Source of the DNA: Pseudomonadota bacterium
GTDB lineage: Bacteria > Bdellovibrionota > FAC87 > UBA2466
Direction of reading: 5' to 3'
DNA: 63,786 nucleotides
Assembly (NCBI GenBank): GCA_043767805.1
Contig: JAYUGC010000099.1
Location: 1-63,786 of the forward strand
Below the pieces are notes generated by a model that ran no database searches, had not been told where the DNA came from, and saw only the letters and a list, made by a program, of their open reading frames with translations. This document shows, in pieces, positions 29,588-38,704 of the stretch (the stretch's first letter is position 1; each line of letters opens with the position of its first letter). Both the position numbers and the translations under genes were made by a program.

Positions 29588-31189
29588 CTAATTCGTGAAG
29601 ACGTCATACCGCGGCTTACTCAACACGAGCCGTCGGGATTTTTTCACTTCATTTAAGAAGGGATCGTCGGGCGAGTACTCGATAGGTGAGAGATACCCGT
29701 GATCGATGAGGCGGATCGCGAAAATCAAATCCTCCGGCGAGGCATGCTCTCTGAAATACTTCACATAGAAACGCTTACCCGTGGACTCGGTACGGAGCCA
29801 GGCCGAGTTCACTCCGGCCCGCATCTCGGTCAGCAGGTAGCCCGCGGGAAACTCGTAGAAGACGATTTTACCTTTGAGATTTTCGAGCTTGCGGATGTCG
29901 CTCGTAATCTCCGTCAGGTACTCGTACTTTTCAGCCGTCGTGTAGAGACCCTTAAAAGGGCCCGCTTCAATTTTCTGAGTGAGGCGGGGGAGCACTCCAT
30001 CGCAGTAAAAGACCTGACCCACGAAAAGAAAGAGGGTGAACCCGCCCAGCAGGATCGAGGGAGCGAGGACGGTAAGCGCGCTTCTCTCTTTGGGACGGGA
30101 GGTATGAGAAATGGCCTCGAAGAAGAAATACGCGCTGAGTATACCGCCTCCCCAGAGCCCGATGATGAGATTGACGGGGCTACCGGAGCTCACCCAGGCG
30201 GTAGTGAGTCCCGCGAGGGCACTCGGCAACCACCCCTGCCGAAAGAGCTGGCGAGCGGTTTTGGTGCGTGGGCCCAGAAGAAAGAAAACGGGGGCCGCGA
30301 GCGCGAAGTAACCAAAGACCCATTCAGAAGGGTAGATCCAGTTGCGAAAGGTGAGAAAGAGAAGGGCGGGATAAACGACGAGAAACGAGGCGCTTTTCAG
30401 TCGATAGGCGAGGGCGAGACAAACGAGGGAGAGAAAGCCGCCTAAAGAGAAAAGCGTCATGGCCTGAAACTGAAAGACATAGACTAACTTCGAAAGGCCG
30501 CCGCCATGGTGATGGGCGCTCCAGGAATAAACCAGCGAATAAGAAAGGTCGGCGCCGACCCTTTGGAAAAAGGGTAAATAGGTGAGAGCCACAATCGCAA
30601 TGCCCAGGCAAGCTGAGCCCAAGAGCTTCGGATCTTTTCTGTCTTTTAGGTTTAGGTAACCGAAGACCAGGGCCGCTCCCGCTAAGGGGGGATAGGCAAA
30701 GACGGAAAGGGCGAGGCAAAGTGAAGCCAAGGCCCAGCGAGTCCTGCCCCCATTTATCCCAAAGAAAATCGCCAGCGCGAATGCGCCTCCTCCAATCGTG
30801 TTGTAGCTGGGCGCCGAAATGTTGAGAGGCACGAAAACGACCGCCAGCAGAGCCGCGCCGAGAGCCGCCCTTCGTTTTCCTAGCGAGACGAAAGCGCAAA
30901 TCCCGAGCACAAGCGCGAAAGCGAAGTAGAGTAGTCTCAGGAAATAGACAATGCCTTCCGTCCCGTGGCGGGCGTAATAGCCGCGGACGAGGGGAAGCGT
31001 TTCCAGAACCGCCGTTTGATTGATGAAGAGCTCATCGCGGAACGGGACGTCCCCGCGCAAAAAGCGAACCGCCATCGTGGCGTAGTAGGCCTCGTCCGTA
31101 AAATCGATGCCGAAGCGCAGGCGATAGAACGCGGCGCCGGCGAGGGCGGCGGTCCCAAGAAGCGCCAGGATCCAGGATTTTCGGGCCAT
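29588..31189 (-). CDS. GT-C (ArnT-like) membrane glycosyltransferase
   Basis: GIDFTDEAYY after TM1, PF.DE, SYN, many TM helices, soluble C-domain; start ATG 31189. Confidence 0.7.
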   Translation of the reverse strand: MARKSWILALLGTAALAGAAFYRLRFGIDFTDEAYYATMAVRFLRGDVPFRDELFINQTAVLETLPLVRGYYARHGTEGIVYFLRLLYFAFALVLGICAFVSLGKRRAALGAALLAVVFVPLNISAPSYNTIGGGAFALAIFFGINGGRTRWALASLCLALSVFAYPPLAGAALVFGYLNLKDRKDPKLLGSACLGIAIVALTYLPFFQRVGADLSYSLVYSWSAHHHGGGLSKLVYVFQFQAMTLFSLGGFLSLVCLALAYRLKSASFLVVYPALLFLTFRNWIYPSEWVFGYFALAAPVFFLLGPRTKTARQLFRQGWLPSALAGLTTAWVSSGSPVNLIIGLWGGGILSAYFFFEAISHTSRPKERSALTVLAPSILLGGFTLFLFVGQVFYCDGVLPRLTQKIEAGPFKGLYTTAEKYEYLTEITSDIRKLENLKGKIVFYEFPAGYLLTEMRAGVNSAWLRTESTGKRFYVKYFREHASPEDLIFAIRLIDHGYLSPIEYSPDDPFLNEVKKSRRLVLSKPRYDVFTN

Positions 31190-31251
31190 GGGCGGCATTA
31201 TTCCACAGGTGTATCCTTTCGCCATTAGGGCAAATATAATTCCTCCCGCCC

Positions 31252-33648
31252 GTGCCACGCTTCCTTTTGAAACATCAAAGCCCATTCACCTGCGCGTTAT
31301 TGGTCGTGCTGGTGCTACTCACCTTCGACGATATCGTCTTTCACAATCTCAATCAGTCCTTCGCCGGGCTCGACACGGGAATTCCCAATAACGATGCGCA
31401 GAGCCTGCTCTATCCCTTCTTCGATCACTTTCTGGATTCCCTGCGGGAGACGGGACGGCTCGACCCTTGGAATCCCTTCGTTTGGGGCGGCACGCCCGCG
31501 ATTGGAAACCCCAACGTGCCTTTCAATATTCTGCTCTTCGGGCTCTTTCATTTAAGTAAGCCGGACTTTCTGGTCGCCATGCACTGGCACCTCGTAGCCG
31601 AGTTTTGTCTTGCGGCGACCGGCCTGTTTTTACTTTGCCGCCGGCTTCGCCTCTCCTGGGCTTACAGTCTGCTCGCCTCGCTCCTCTATATTTATTCCTC
31701 CTCCGCCGCGTGGCTCACCAACACCTACTGCATCTTCTTTCATTGGGCGGTCATCCCGTGGGTCCTATTGGCGCTACTCACCAGCGCCAAGCGGAAGACT
31801 AAAAGGACCGTCGCCTTTTTAGGTTTCGTTTTCTATTTTCAGATTACTTACGGGCAGGCGCAGATGACGCTCTACTCGGCTTTCTTTTTCCTGATCTCGG
31901 TGCTTTGGATTTTTCGGGAATTCTTCGAGCGGCGCAGGGCGATGCGGTTACTCGCGGGGGGATACTTCGTCGGCGTGTGTCTTTCCGCGCACTATCTTCT
32001 CCCTCAGGTGGAATTTCTACGGCAGGCGGGCGACCGGCTTGTCGTCGATTGGGGTGCTACGGCGGCGAGGTTCCAGGTGCCTTACGAGTATCTCGCTCAC
32101 CTCTTCGTACCCCGGCTCTTTTGGGTGCCGATGCCTTGGTGGCCGGAGTGGACGGACGGGTGGTCGCTTTGGGAATCATTCAACGTCTATATCGGTCTCA
32201 CTTTTCTTGGTCTTTCTCTCTACGGCGTCGTCCGCCGGGAAAACAGGCCGCCTTTTCTGCGGCGGCTCAAGCTGCTCTGTCTCGCTTTGGTTGGGCTCAA
32301 CGTAACTCGCCTAGGAGGCGAGTGGCTCATCGCGCTCAATTTCGGGCGAGCCGTTCCTTATTCCCGCATCACTCAGTTTCTCCTGATTCCGCTGCTGTTT
32401 ACCGCGCTATGGGAAATGGAGGCGGTCTTTGCGAGCCGCAAGGAGCTAAAAAAATATCTATTCTTTCAAGGCGCTTTGCTCGGAGGGCTGGTCCTCTTCT
32501 CCCGGCATTTCACAGGCTTTGTCGTCGGGCTCTTTTCCAAATCGTCCCTAACTCAGGCCAGTGAGAGGGCGCACGCCTTTCTAAAAAATTATCATCAGTT
32601 ACTTTCCGACGCTCTCGTTTACGCCGGCTTTCTGATAGTCGCGGGTATTCTGTTGACCGCTCTCACCGTTCTTTTCTACGACCGTCCCTGGTTTCGGCGA
32701 ACCTGCCTCTCGCTCTTGGTGGTTGTGGGTTTAGTGGATGTCGTCGATTTCTTTCGTTCCCAAAGACAAACGGGGCGCGAGCCGTATCCGTTTCAGGCCT
32801 CGCTCGAGCCGAGGGGCGCGTTGGTGAACGCGCTGAAAGCGAGGGCTCCCGAGCTCGATCGCTACTACTTTAGCACCTACACGGGTCGCATGGAGATGAC
32901 CACGAGGCTAGCCCCTAATCTTAGCGCCGTCGCGAAGGTTCCCTCGGTGAACGGTTATACGAGCTTCGTGCCCAGATCTAACGAGCTACAGCCGCCGCTT
33001 TATCGCGGAAACTGGGGTTTCGCGTTTCCCGAATTATCGGTGAAGTTACTCTCGATTCGCTACGTACTCCTAGGGCCGGAGACTCCCGCGCTTCCTTACG
33101 CCGCCAGGCTCGCGCCCATTGCCCGGCAGGGCGAGTACGTTTTGATGGAGTACGCGAGGCCGCTCCCTCGTTACTATTTTCCGCGAAACATCACGGGCGG
33201 AGCGTCTCTCGAAGCGCAGAGGCTTCGGTTAACCGATCCGGAGCAAGCTTCCTACTCGCAGGACGCCCTCGATTTCGAAACGCCCGAAGGATGCCGGCCA
33301 ACGTATCGGCTCTCCTTGAACGGAAACGAAAGCGTTCTTTCTCTCGTTAATCCGTGCGGCAAGGCGGTGTACTTCGCTTTTCACGAGATGAAATACGTGT
33401 GGTGGCATCTGGAGCTCGACGGTCAAAAAATTACTCCCGTGCCGATAAACTTAGTGCATCAGGCGGTCGCAGTGCCGCCGGGCAAGCACGAGCTAATCTT
33501 CAAATGCGTGCCGATGTCCTGGTACGTGGGCTTGGCCCTTAGCGCGTTTACTGCGACTTTGCTCGGGGCCTATCTTCTGGCCGGGTTTCCGCTCGCTACT
33601 TCTTTTTTCGGGTTTGGTCTTCGCCCAAGGCGGCCATTGTATCAATGA
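31252..33648 (+). CDS. YfhO-family membrane protein (GT-C)
   Basis: WNPF..GG.P, many TM helices, NGYTSF, PRYYF, C-terminal W..DG..VPPGKHEL. Confidence 0.8.
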   Translation: MPRFLLKHQSPFTCALLVVLVLLTFDDIVFHNLNQSFAGLDTGIPNNDAQSLLYPFFDHFLDSLRETGRLDPWNPFVWGGTPAIGNPNVPFNILLFGLFHLSKPDFLVAMHWHLVAEFCLAATGLFLLCRRLRLSWAYSLLASLLYIYSSSAAWLTNTYCIFFHWAVIPWVLLALLTSAKRKTKRTVAFLGFVFYFQITYGQAQMTLYSAFFFLISVLWIFREFFERRRAMRLLAGGYFVGVCLSAHYLLPQVEFLRQAGDRLVVDWGATAARFQVPYEYLAHLFVPRLFWVPMPWWPEWTDGWSLWESFNVYIGLTFLGLSLYGVVRRENRPPFLRRLKLLCLALVGLNVTRLGGEWLIALNFGRAVPYSRITQFLLIPLLFTALWEMEAVFASRKELKKYLFFQGALLGGLVLFSRHFTGFVVGLFSKSSLTQASERAHAFLKNYHQLLSDALVYAGFLIVAGILLTALTVLFYDRPWFRRTCLSLLVVVGLVDVVDFFRSQRQTGREPYPFQASLEPRGALVNALKARAPELDRYYFSTYTGRMEMTTRLAPNLSAVAKVPSVNGYTSFVPRSNELQPPLYRGNWGFAFPELSVKLLSIRYVLLGPETPALPYAARLAPIARQGEYVLMEYARPLPRYYFPRNITGGASLEAQRLRLTDPEQASYSQDALDFETPEGCRPTYRLSLNGNESVLSLVNPCGKAVYFAFHEMKYVWWHLELDGQKITPVPINLVHQAVAVPPGKHELIFKCVPMSWYVGLALSAFTATLLGAYLLAGFPLATSFFGFGLRPRRPLYQ

Positions 33649-34870
33649 TGCCCTGAGAGACCGATAAGTATTGCAGCTCTCTCGTCACGCGGGACGCTTT
33701 GATGAGGCGCTCGCGCAAACCGACTAGCGCCTTGGCGCCCTCCTTGGAAACCACGAGTCCGGCGACGCCCGCGACAAACGAGGCCGCGCCGTCGTAAGCG
33801 TAACGGTAGCTAGCATTCGGAAAGGTCGAGAGAATCTCGGTACCGGGAGCCGCGAGGTGCACGGTGCGGCGGCCGCGGTTCGACTGCGGCGAGGGCCGTC
33901 CATTTCTCTGAACCGAGGCGACGGAAATGACATTGGCGCCGAGATAACTCGCCGGGTACATGGGCGCGAGATCGTTGTCCGAGTTGCCGCTTCCGGCTGC
34001 CGCCACGAAAGCGATGCTCCGGCTCCCCGCGATGAGAATGGCTTCGTGCAAGGACTTGGAATAATCGCCGCCGCCCCAGGCGTTCGACATAATGTGAGCG
34101 TGCATGCGAGTCGCGTAGCCGACCGCTTCGAGCGCGCCCGCGAGCGTCCCCACTCCGTCGGCTCCCAGGAACTTGATGGGCAGAAGCCGCACGTCTTCCA
34201 TCACGCCGCGAGTGCCGACGTTGTTGTGCCTGGCGCCGACGATGCCGGCCGAGTGAGTGCCATGGCCGTTATCGTCCATGGGATCGTTGTCGTGGTTGAA
34301 GAAGTCGTAGCCGTAATAATCGTCGACTAGCCCGTTGCCGTCGTCATCGATGCCATTTCCGGGAGTTTCGTTGTCGTTCGTCCAGATGTTCTCGTAGAGG
34401 TCGGGGTGATTGTAGTCGATGCCCGTATCGAGGACGGCGACGATCACTTCCCCGCGGCCGGTGGTGACTTCCCACGCCTTCGTAACGTTGATGTCGAAAC
34501 CGGGAATGCCGCCGCGGCCGCCGGCATTAAGCAGGCCCCACTGTAAACCGAACATGGGATCGATGGGCCGGGCCGAGTTGTAGTATCGGCCTTCGTTTGA
34601 GAGCGAATAAATGTAGTTGGGCTCGATGTAGGCGACTCTTTCGTCGCGCGCCAAAGCACGAAGCGTCTTGCTTTGGGTGGGCCGGAAGAGCGCTACGGGA
34701 AGGGCGGCTTCCTTGAGCACGCGGAACTCACCGAGGCTGCGGCTCGCGGAGTTGGTCAGGTAAGCCTTCGCCGCATAGGAATCCTTGAAGCGGACCACGT
34801 ATTCATTGGACACCGAAGCGGCCATCGAGACGGCGGAAACTAAAACGAATGAGAACGTAAACTTCCACAT
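33596..34870 (-). CDS. S8 subtilase homolog lacking the catalytic Ser (probable pseudo-protease)
   Basis: Signal peptide, I9 prodomain, DTG and HGTH present; AAAGS instead of AAGN; YDGAASFV instead of SGTSMA.P.V. Confidence 0.85.
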   Translation of the reverse strand: MWKFTFSFVLVSAVSMAASVSNEYVVRFKDSYAAKAYLTNSASRSLGEFRVLKEAALPVALFRPTQSKTLRALARDERVAYIEPNYIYSLSNEGRYYNSARPIDPMFGLQWGLLNAGGRGGIPGFDINVTKAWEVTTGRGEVIVAVLDTGIDYNHPDLYENIWTNDNETPGNGIDDDGNGLVDDYYGYDFFNHDNDPMDDNGHGTHSAGIVGARHNNVGTRGVMEDVRLLPIKFLGADGVGTLAGALEAVGYATRMHAHIMSNAWGGGDYSKSLHEAILIAGSRSIAFVAAAGSGNSDNDLAPMYPASYLGANVISVASVQRNGRPSPQSNRGRRTVHLAAPGTEILSTFPNASYRYAYDGAASFVAGVAGLVVSKEGAKALVGLRERLIKASRVTRELQYLSVSQGIIDTMAALGEDQTRKKK

Positions 34871-35004
34871 GAGCAAAAAACCTCCAAGCACGGGACGCGA
34901 ACCAAGTTCGGCAATCTAGCGTTTCTTCACTGAGAGAACGAGCGCGCGTCTCTCGGGTTATTAACCCGCGTCTTCGCGTTCGTAATGCAATGCATTAGCC
35001 GGGG

Positions 35005-35370
35005 CTACTTGCAGTGGAGCTCTATATCGCCCCGTACCCATTGAAGCTGAAGGGTCGCGAGCTTCGGCGCGCTCAAATTGAGAAGGAAATACAGGCGGTG
35101 TTTCACTACTGCATCAATATGGAGGATACCGTTCTCGATTTTGATAGGGGTCACGAAAGTAGGGATCATCGGCCGAAAGGGCTGCCGGCCTTCCCGCGGA
35201 TCGCGCTTAAACAGAGATACCTTCGCCGTTTGCTGGCTGGTCACCACGGCTACCGCGTATTGCAGCCGGTCTCCCCGGAAGGCGTCGGAGGCGTTTTCCG
35301 TGCATTCATAGGTGGCGGCGCTCGCCGAGGTGGCCGCGACAAAAAAGAACGAGATTACGAGTGCTTTCAT
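35005..35370 (-). CDS. Small secreted protein (YxC...C)
   Basis: Signal peptide ASA|ATYEC, C-terminal LHCK. Confidence 0.7.
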   Translation of the reverse strand: MKALVISFFFVAATSASAATYECTENASDAFRGDRLQYAVAVVTSQQTAKVSLFKRDPREGRQPFRPMIPTFVTPIKIENGILHIDAVVKHRLYFLLNLSAPKLATLQLQWVRGDIELHCK

Positions 35371-35507
35371 CTTACCCCCAAAAAATTACCCACCCTCTCG
35401 TGTACCCACGTTCCGCCGGAACGTAAATGAAAAGGAACAACCGAGCTCAGCGAGGCGCGCTAGATACCTATCCCTTTTGGGGGGATCTAGGCTAAACCAA
35501 AGGAGCC

Positions 35508-36974
35508 ATGAACGAGCGGGAAATAGCGGAACTTCGAGCTGAGAACCTTCGCCTGGGCGCCGCCCTGGCCGAGGCCCGGGATCTGCTCGAAATCGCGCCC
35601 GCTTTTTTTGGGTTTCTCTCTCTCGACGGGGTCGTTCTCAGCGTCAATAAGCTCTCGGCCAAGGTCATCGAGACCGAGCCCAGCGCCCTCATCGGGCAGT
35701 TTTTTTGGGAATGCCCTTGGTGGAAGCCACTGCCTGAATCGGCCGCGCAAATTCGCGACGCTGTCAGCGCCTGCACTTCGGGGCACAATGCGAGTTTCGA
35801 CATCGACTATTGGGCGGTCTTAGATGGCGTCGGCCAAAAGCGGTGCGTGGCTTTCAACATCGCCAAGTTTCCCGACCAGCGTCTGGCCGTAAGCGGCGTC
35901 GACATCACGGAGCGAAAGGCCGCGGAAGCTCAGGTCGTCGATGTTTTGGAAAGCATGGGAGACTCCTATTTCTCCCTCGATAAAAACTGGAAGATCGTGC
36001 GCATCAACCCTCATTTTGAGGAGATGAGCCGCATCAAGCGCGTCGATCAAATCGGCCGTCATTTTTTAAAGCTCTATTTCTCCATGCCCGGCGCCGAAGA
36101 CACGCACCTGTGGAAATATTTTAACCAAGCGATGCACGAGCGTGAGCCGGTTAAGGGCGTGGATTTTTACGAGCCATTCGGCGTCTGGGTGGAAGTGAGC
36201 ATCTATCCTCAAGCGGACGGCGGTCTTGCCACGTTCGTGCGTGACGTGAGTGCTCAGAAAAAAAACGACGAAGCACTCCGTAAAGCTGTGGAGTCGAGGG
36301 ACACCTTTCTGGGCATCGCTTCCCACGAGCTGAAAACGCCGCTGACTTCCCTGAAGTTACAAAGCCAAATGAGCCGGCGCTTGCTCGATAGACAGGGCGT
36401 CGGGGCTTTTTCCTCAGAGCGAATCACGAAGCTCATCGAGCATTCCAATACTCAAGCGGAGCGCCTGAGCCGGCTCGTCGATGACATGCTGGACGTTTCG
36501 CGCATCTCCTCGGGAAAGCTTTCCATGAACTTCGAGAAAGTGGACATCTCGAAGCTAGTCACCGAGACGCTCTATCAATTCGAGCCGCAGCTGGAAGCCG
36601 CCGGTTGCGTGCTGACGACGCAAATCGACCCCGGCGTCGAGGCCAAGGCGGATGCCTACCGATTCGAGCAAGTCGTGACGAATCTCATCGGGAACGCCAT
36701 CAAGTACGCGCCGAACGCGCCTTTACTGGTCTCCCTGAAGAAGACGTGGGGCTCGGTCGTCTTGAGAGTGCGCGATCATGGGCCGGGGATCCCGAAGGAC
36801 AAGCACGACCGCGTTTTCGAGCGTTTCGAGCGAGTCATCTCCGCGAGCAAAGTCAGTGGCCTCGGCCTCGGGCTCCATATCTCGAAGGAAATCATGGAAG
36901 CTCACCGCGGTAGCATCACCGTAGAGAGCGAGACCGGCCGCGGCGCCGAGTTCGTCGTTACTTTACCGAGCTAG
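35508..36974 (+). CDS. Cytoplasmic PAS-PAS histidine kinase (orphan)
   Basis: RBS AAGGAG, PAS motifs (FWECPWW, DITERK), ASHELKTPL, NLIGNAIKY, GLGLGL. Confidence 0.92.
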   Translation: MNEREIAELRAENLRLGAALAEARDLLEIAPAFFGFLSLDGVVLSVNKLSAKVIETEPSALIGQFFWECPWWKPLPESAAQIRDAVSACTSGHNASFDIDYWAVLDGVGQKRCVAFNIAKFPDQRLAVSGVDITERKAAEAQVVDVLESMGDSYFSLDKNWKIVRINPHFEEMSRIKRVDQIGRHFLKLYFSMPGAEDTHLWKYFNQAMHEREPVKGVDFYEPFGVWVEVSIYPQADGGLATFVRDVSAQKKNDEALRKAVESRDTFLGIASHELKTPLTSLKLQSQMSRRLLDRQGVGAFSSERITKLIEHSNTQAERLSRLVDDMLDVSRISSGKLSMNFEKVDISKLVTETLYQFEPQLEAAGCVLTTQIDPGVEAKADAYRFEQVVTNLIGNAIKYAPNAPLLVSLKKTWGSVVLRVRDHGPGIPKDKHDRVFERFERVISASKVSGLGLGLHISKEIMEAHRGSITVESETGRGAEFVVTLPS

Positions 36975-37011
36975 TTGCGGGGCTTCAAAAGAACCGCGAG
37001 CCGTCACTCCG

Positions 37012-37584
37012 CTAAGGCAGTGTAATTTTCGTGGTATCCCCTGAAAATCCTTTCACGGAGTAGGTAACCGTCTCGGGATTTCCCGAAGTGCCGAGGTACT
37101 GGATGCTTCGAACCGTCCTGCCCGAGGCATCCGGGGCTTGAGGGGCCAGCCTGAAGCTTGGCGCTAAATGTACGTAGGTGCCGTCCTCGAGAGCAATGGC
37201 TAGCGTGGTATCCAGCTGAACCGCGCCGCCCTCGTTTAACTTGGTTTGAATGAGCTCCCAGATTTGTTGCTGCAGCTTCCAACGAACGCTCTCCGCCTTT
37301 GCGAGAGGGACATTCCGGGTGATCAAAACGTCTTTCACCGTTCGGCCAAAGGCCTCGAGGCCTAGTGCCTCCACGTCATACTCTTTGGGAACCTGCCAAA
37401 GAGGAGCGGTCCCGCTTTGTGGCTCGGGGTCTTTGACCAGGGCGATTTCCATCACCGTTAGCGCGGAGAGAGCCACGCCGCACGTGATTAGAAACTGCCT
37501 CCGGCTTGCCGAGATTTCGGCGAGTGCGGCCTGCTGGAAAAGGGAATAAAGGAAAATGAGAGAGAGTAGGGAACGAGGTAACAT
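37012..37584 (-). CDS. Hypothetical exported/membrane protein downstream of the cobalamin riboswitch
   Basis: RBS GGAGG, hydrophobic N-terminus, SRRQFL followed by a TM segment. Confidence 0.7.
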   Translation of the reverse strand: MLPRSLLSLIFLYSLFQQAALAEISASRRQFLITCGVALSALTVMEIALVKDPEPQSGTAPLWQVPKEYDVEALGLEAFGRTVKDVLITRNVPLAKAESVRWKLQQQIWELIQTKLNEGGAVQLDTTLAIALEDGTYVHLAPSFRLAPQAPDASGRTVRSIQYLGTSGNPETVTYSVKGFSGDTTKITLP

Positions 37585-37589
37585 TTTGA

Positions 37590-37697
37590 GCCTCCTGCTC
37601 GGGAGTTGAAGTTACCTAGCTGGCGATCGGGCTCGCGATTTCTCGCATACCGTTGCGGCACAGCGCCGGACTCTCACCGGACTTCCCACAGCTAGGT
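37590..37697 (-). promoter_or_regulatory. Cobalamin riboswitch (compact, class II-like)
   Basis: Minus strand ACCTAGCTG-TGGGAAGTCCGGTGAGAGTCCGGCGCTGTGCCGCAACGGTA..GAGCCCGA..CAGCTAGGT with a 9-bp closing stem, then a CTCC/GGAG hairpin over the RBS. Confidence 0.85.
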
Positions 37698-37809
37698 GCT
37701 CTATTTATACCACGGATTGGAAGGGTTTCGGCAGGGCGACGCTGTTGTCGCCGCAATCCGGATAGCGCGCGGGCTTTCCATCGCGTGACCCGCCGAGAAC
37801 CGCTTCGAA

Positions 37810-38631
37810 TTATCGAGCCTCAAGCGGATAGACCCGTAAGTAATCAAAGAGCCCCGTTGATATGGGCTCGTTGTAAGGCTTGAAATCGTCTACTTGAAAT
37901 CCAAGTCCAGAGCGTTTGATTGGAATGGCAAAGGTGTGAGACAGGACCACTCTATTGTAGGTCCTTAGAATGACTTGCGCCCCGCGCACCTCTATCGCCA
38001 CGGGAATGGCGATTCTGTGTGTAGCGGAAACCGGGCCGCAGACCGACCGTTTGATTAGCGTTCGGCCCGCGGTGAAATTATTCATTTGGTAAAGGCTACA
38101 GACGGGCTGATAGGCGCCGGCTTTTCCAGCGAGAGCAAAGGTCACCATCTTGTAGGTATTGGCGTTGTACTCATAATCAAAGACCACTCCCACGCTGTTA
38201 CTGGGAACGTACTCAGCGTTCGATCGGCAGTTTTCGCAAAGATTCGAATGTTTTGATCTCAAGACGTCATTGAAAAGGACTTGAGTGGCTATCCCGAATG
38301 GGGCGAAATCCATGGCGCCCATGACCTTATCCCAGCGAAGCGGGAAAGGGAGCGATGGGATCGTCAGTAGAGCGGCAGCACCGTCGATAGCAGTTCCGGC
38401 GAGAGCCCCAGTTCCGCCGAGCGAACTACTGACTTGTTTCCAATTTTTCCTTGAAAATAGGTACTCCTGCTTCCAATCCTCATTTGGCTTAAACCAATCA
38501 TTAGGGATTTGAAGAGTGGTTTCATAATTAATTCCTCTAAAATTACTGAACTCGTCTCGATAATAAAATCCTTCCGCGAAACTTTGCCCGCAGACCAGAA
38601 AGAACAGGATAACGGTCACCGTGTATTTCAT
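37810..38631 (-). CDS. Secreted protein, possible ConA/LamG-like beta-sandwich
   Basis: Signal peptide; GVVFDY..Y, GLGF and FDYLRV patterns; visibly lower GC than flanks. Confidence 0.6.
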   Translation of the reverse strand: MKYTVTVILFFLVCGQSFAEGFYYRDEFSNFRGINYETTLQIPNDWFKPNEDWKQEYLFSRKNWKQVSSSLGGTGALAGTAIDGAAALLTIPSLPFPLRWDKVMGAMDFAPFGIATQVLFNDVLRSKHSNLCENCRSNAEYVPSNSVGVVFDYEYNANTYKMVTFALAGKAGAYQPVCSLYQMNNFTAGRTLIKRSVCGPVSATHRIAIPVAIEVRGAQVILRTYNRVVLSHTFAIPIKRSGLGFQVDDFKPYNEPISTGLFDYLRVYPLEAR

Positions 38632-38680
38632 AAATGACTCCCTATAAATCCAGTTTAGAAGTTCGACCCAACAGACAACA

Positions 38681-38701
38681 CTTACAATAAGGGCCAGAAT
38701 A
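38681..38701 (-). promoter_or_regulatory. Conserved upstream motif, copy 1
   Basis: + strand CTTACAATAAGGGCCAGAATA, 50 nt from start codon 38631. Confidence 0.7.
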
Positions 38702-38704
38702 GCT

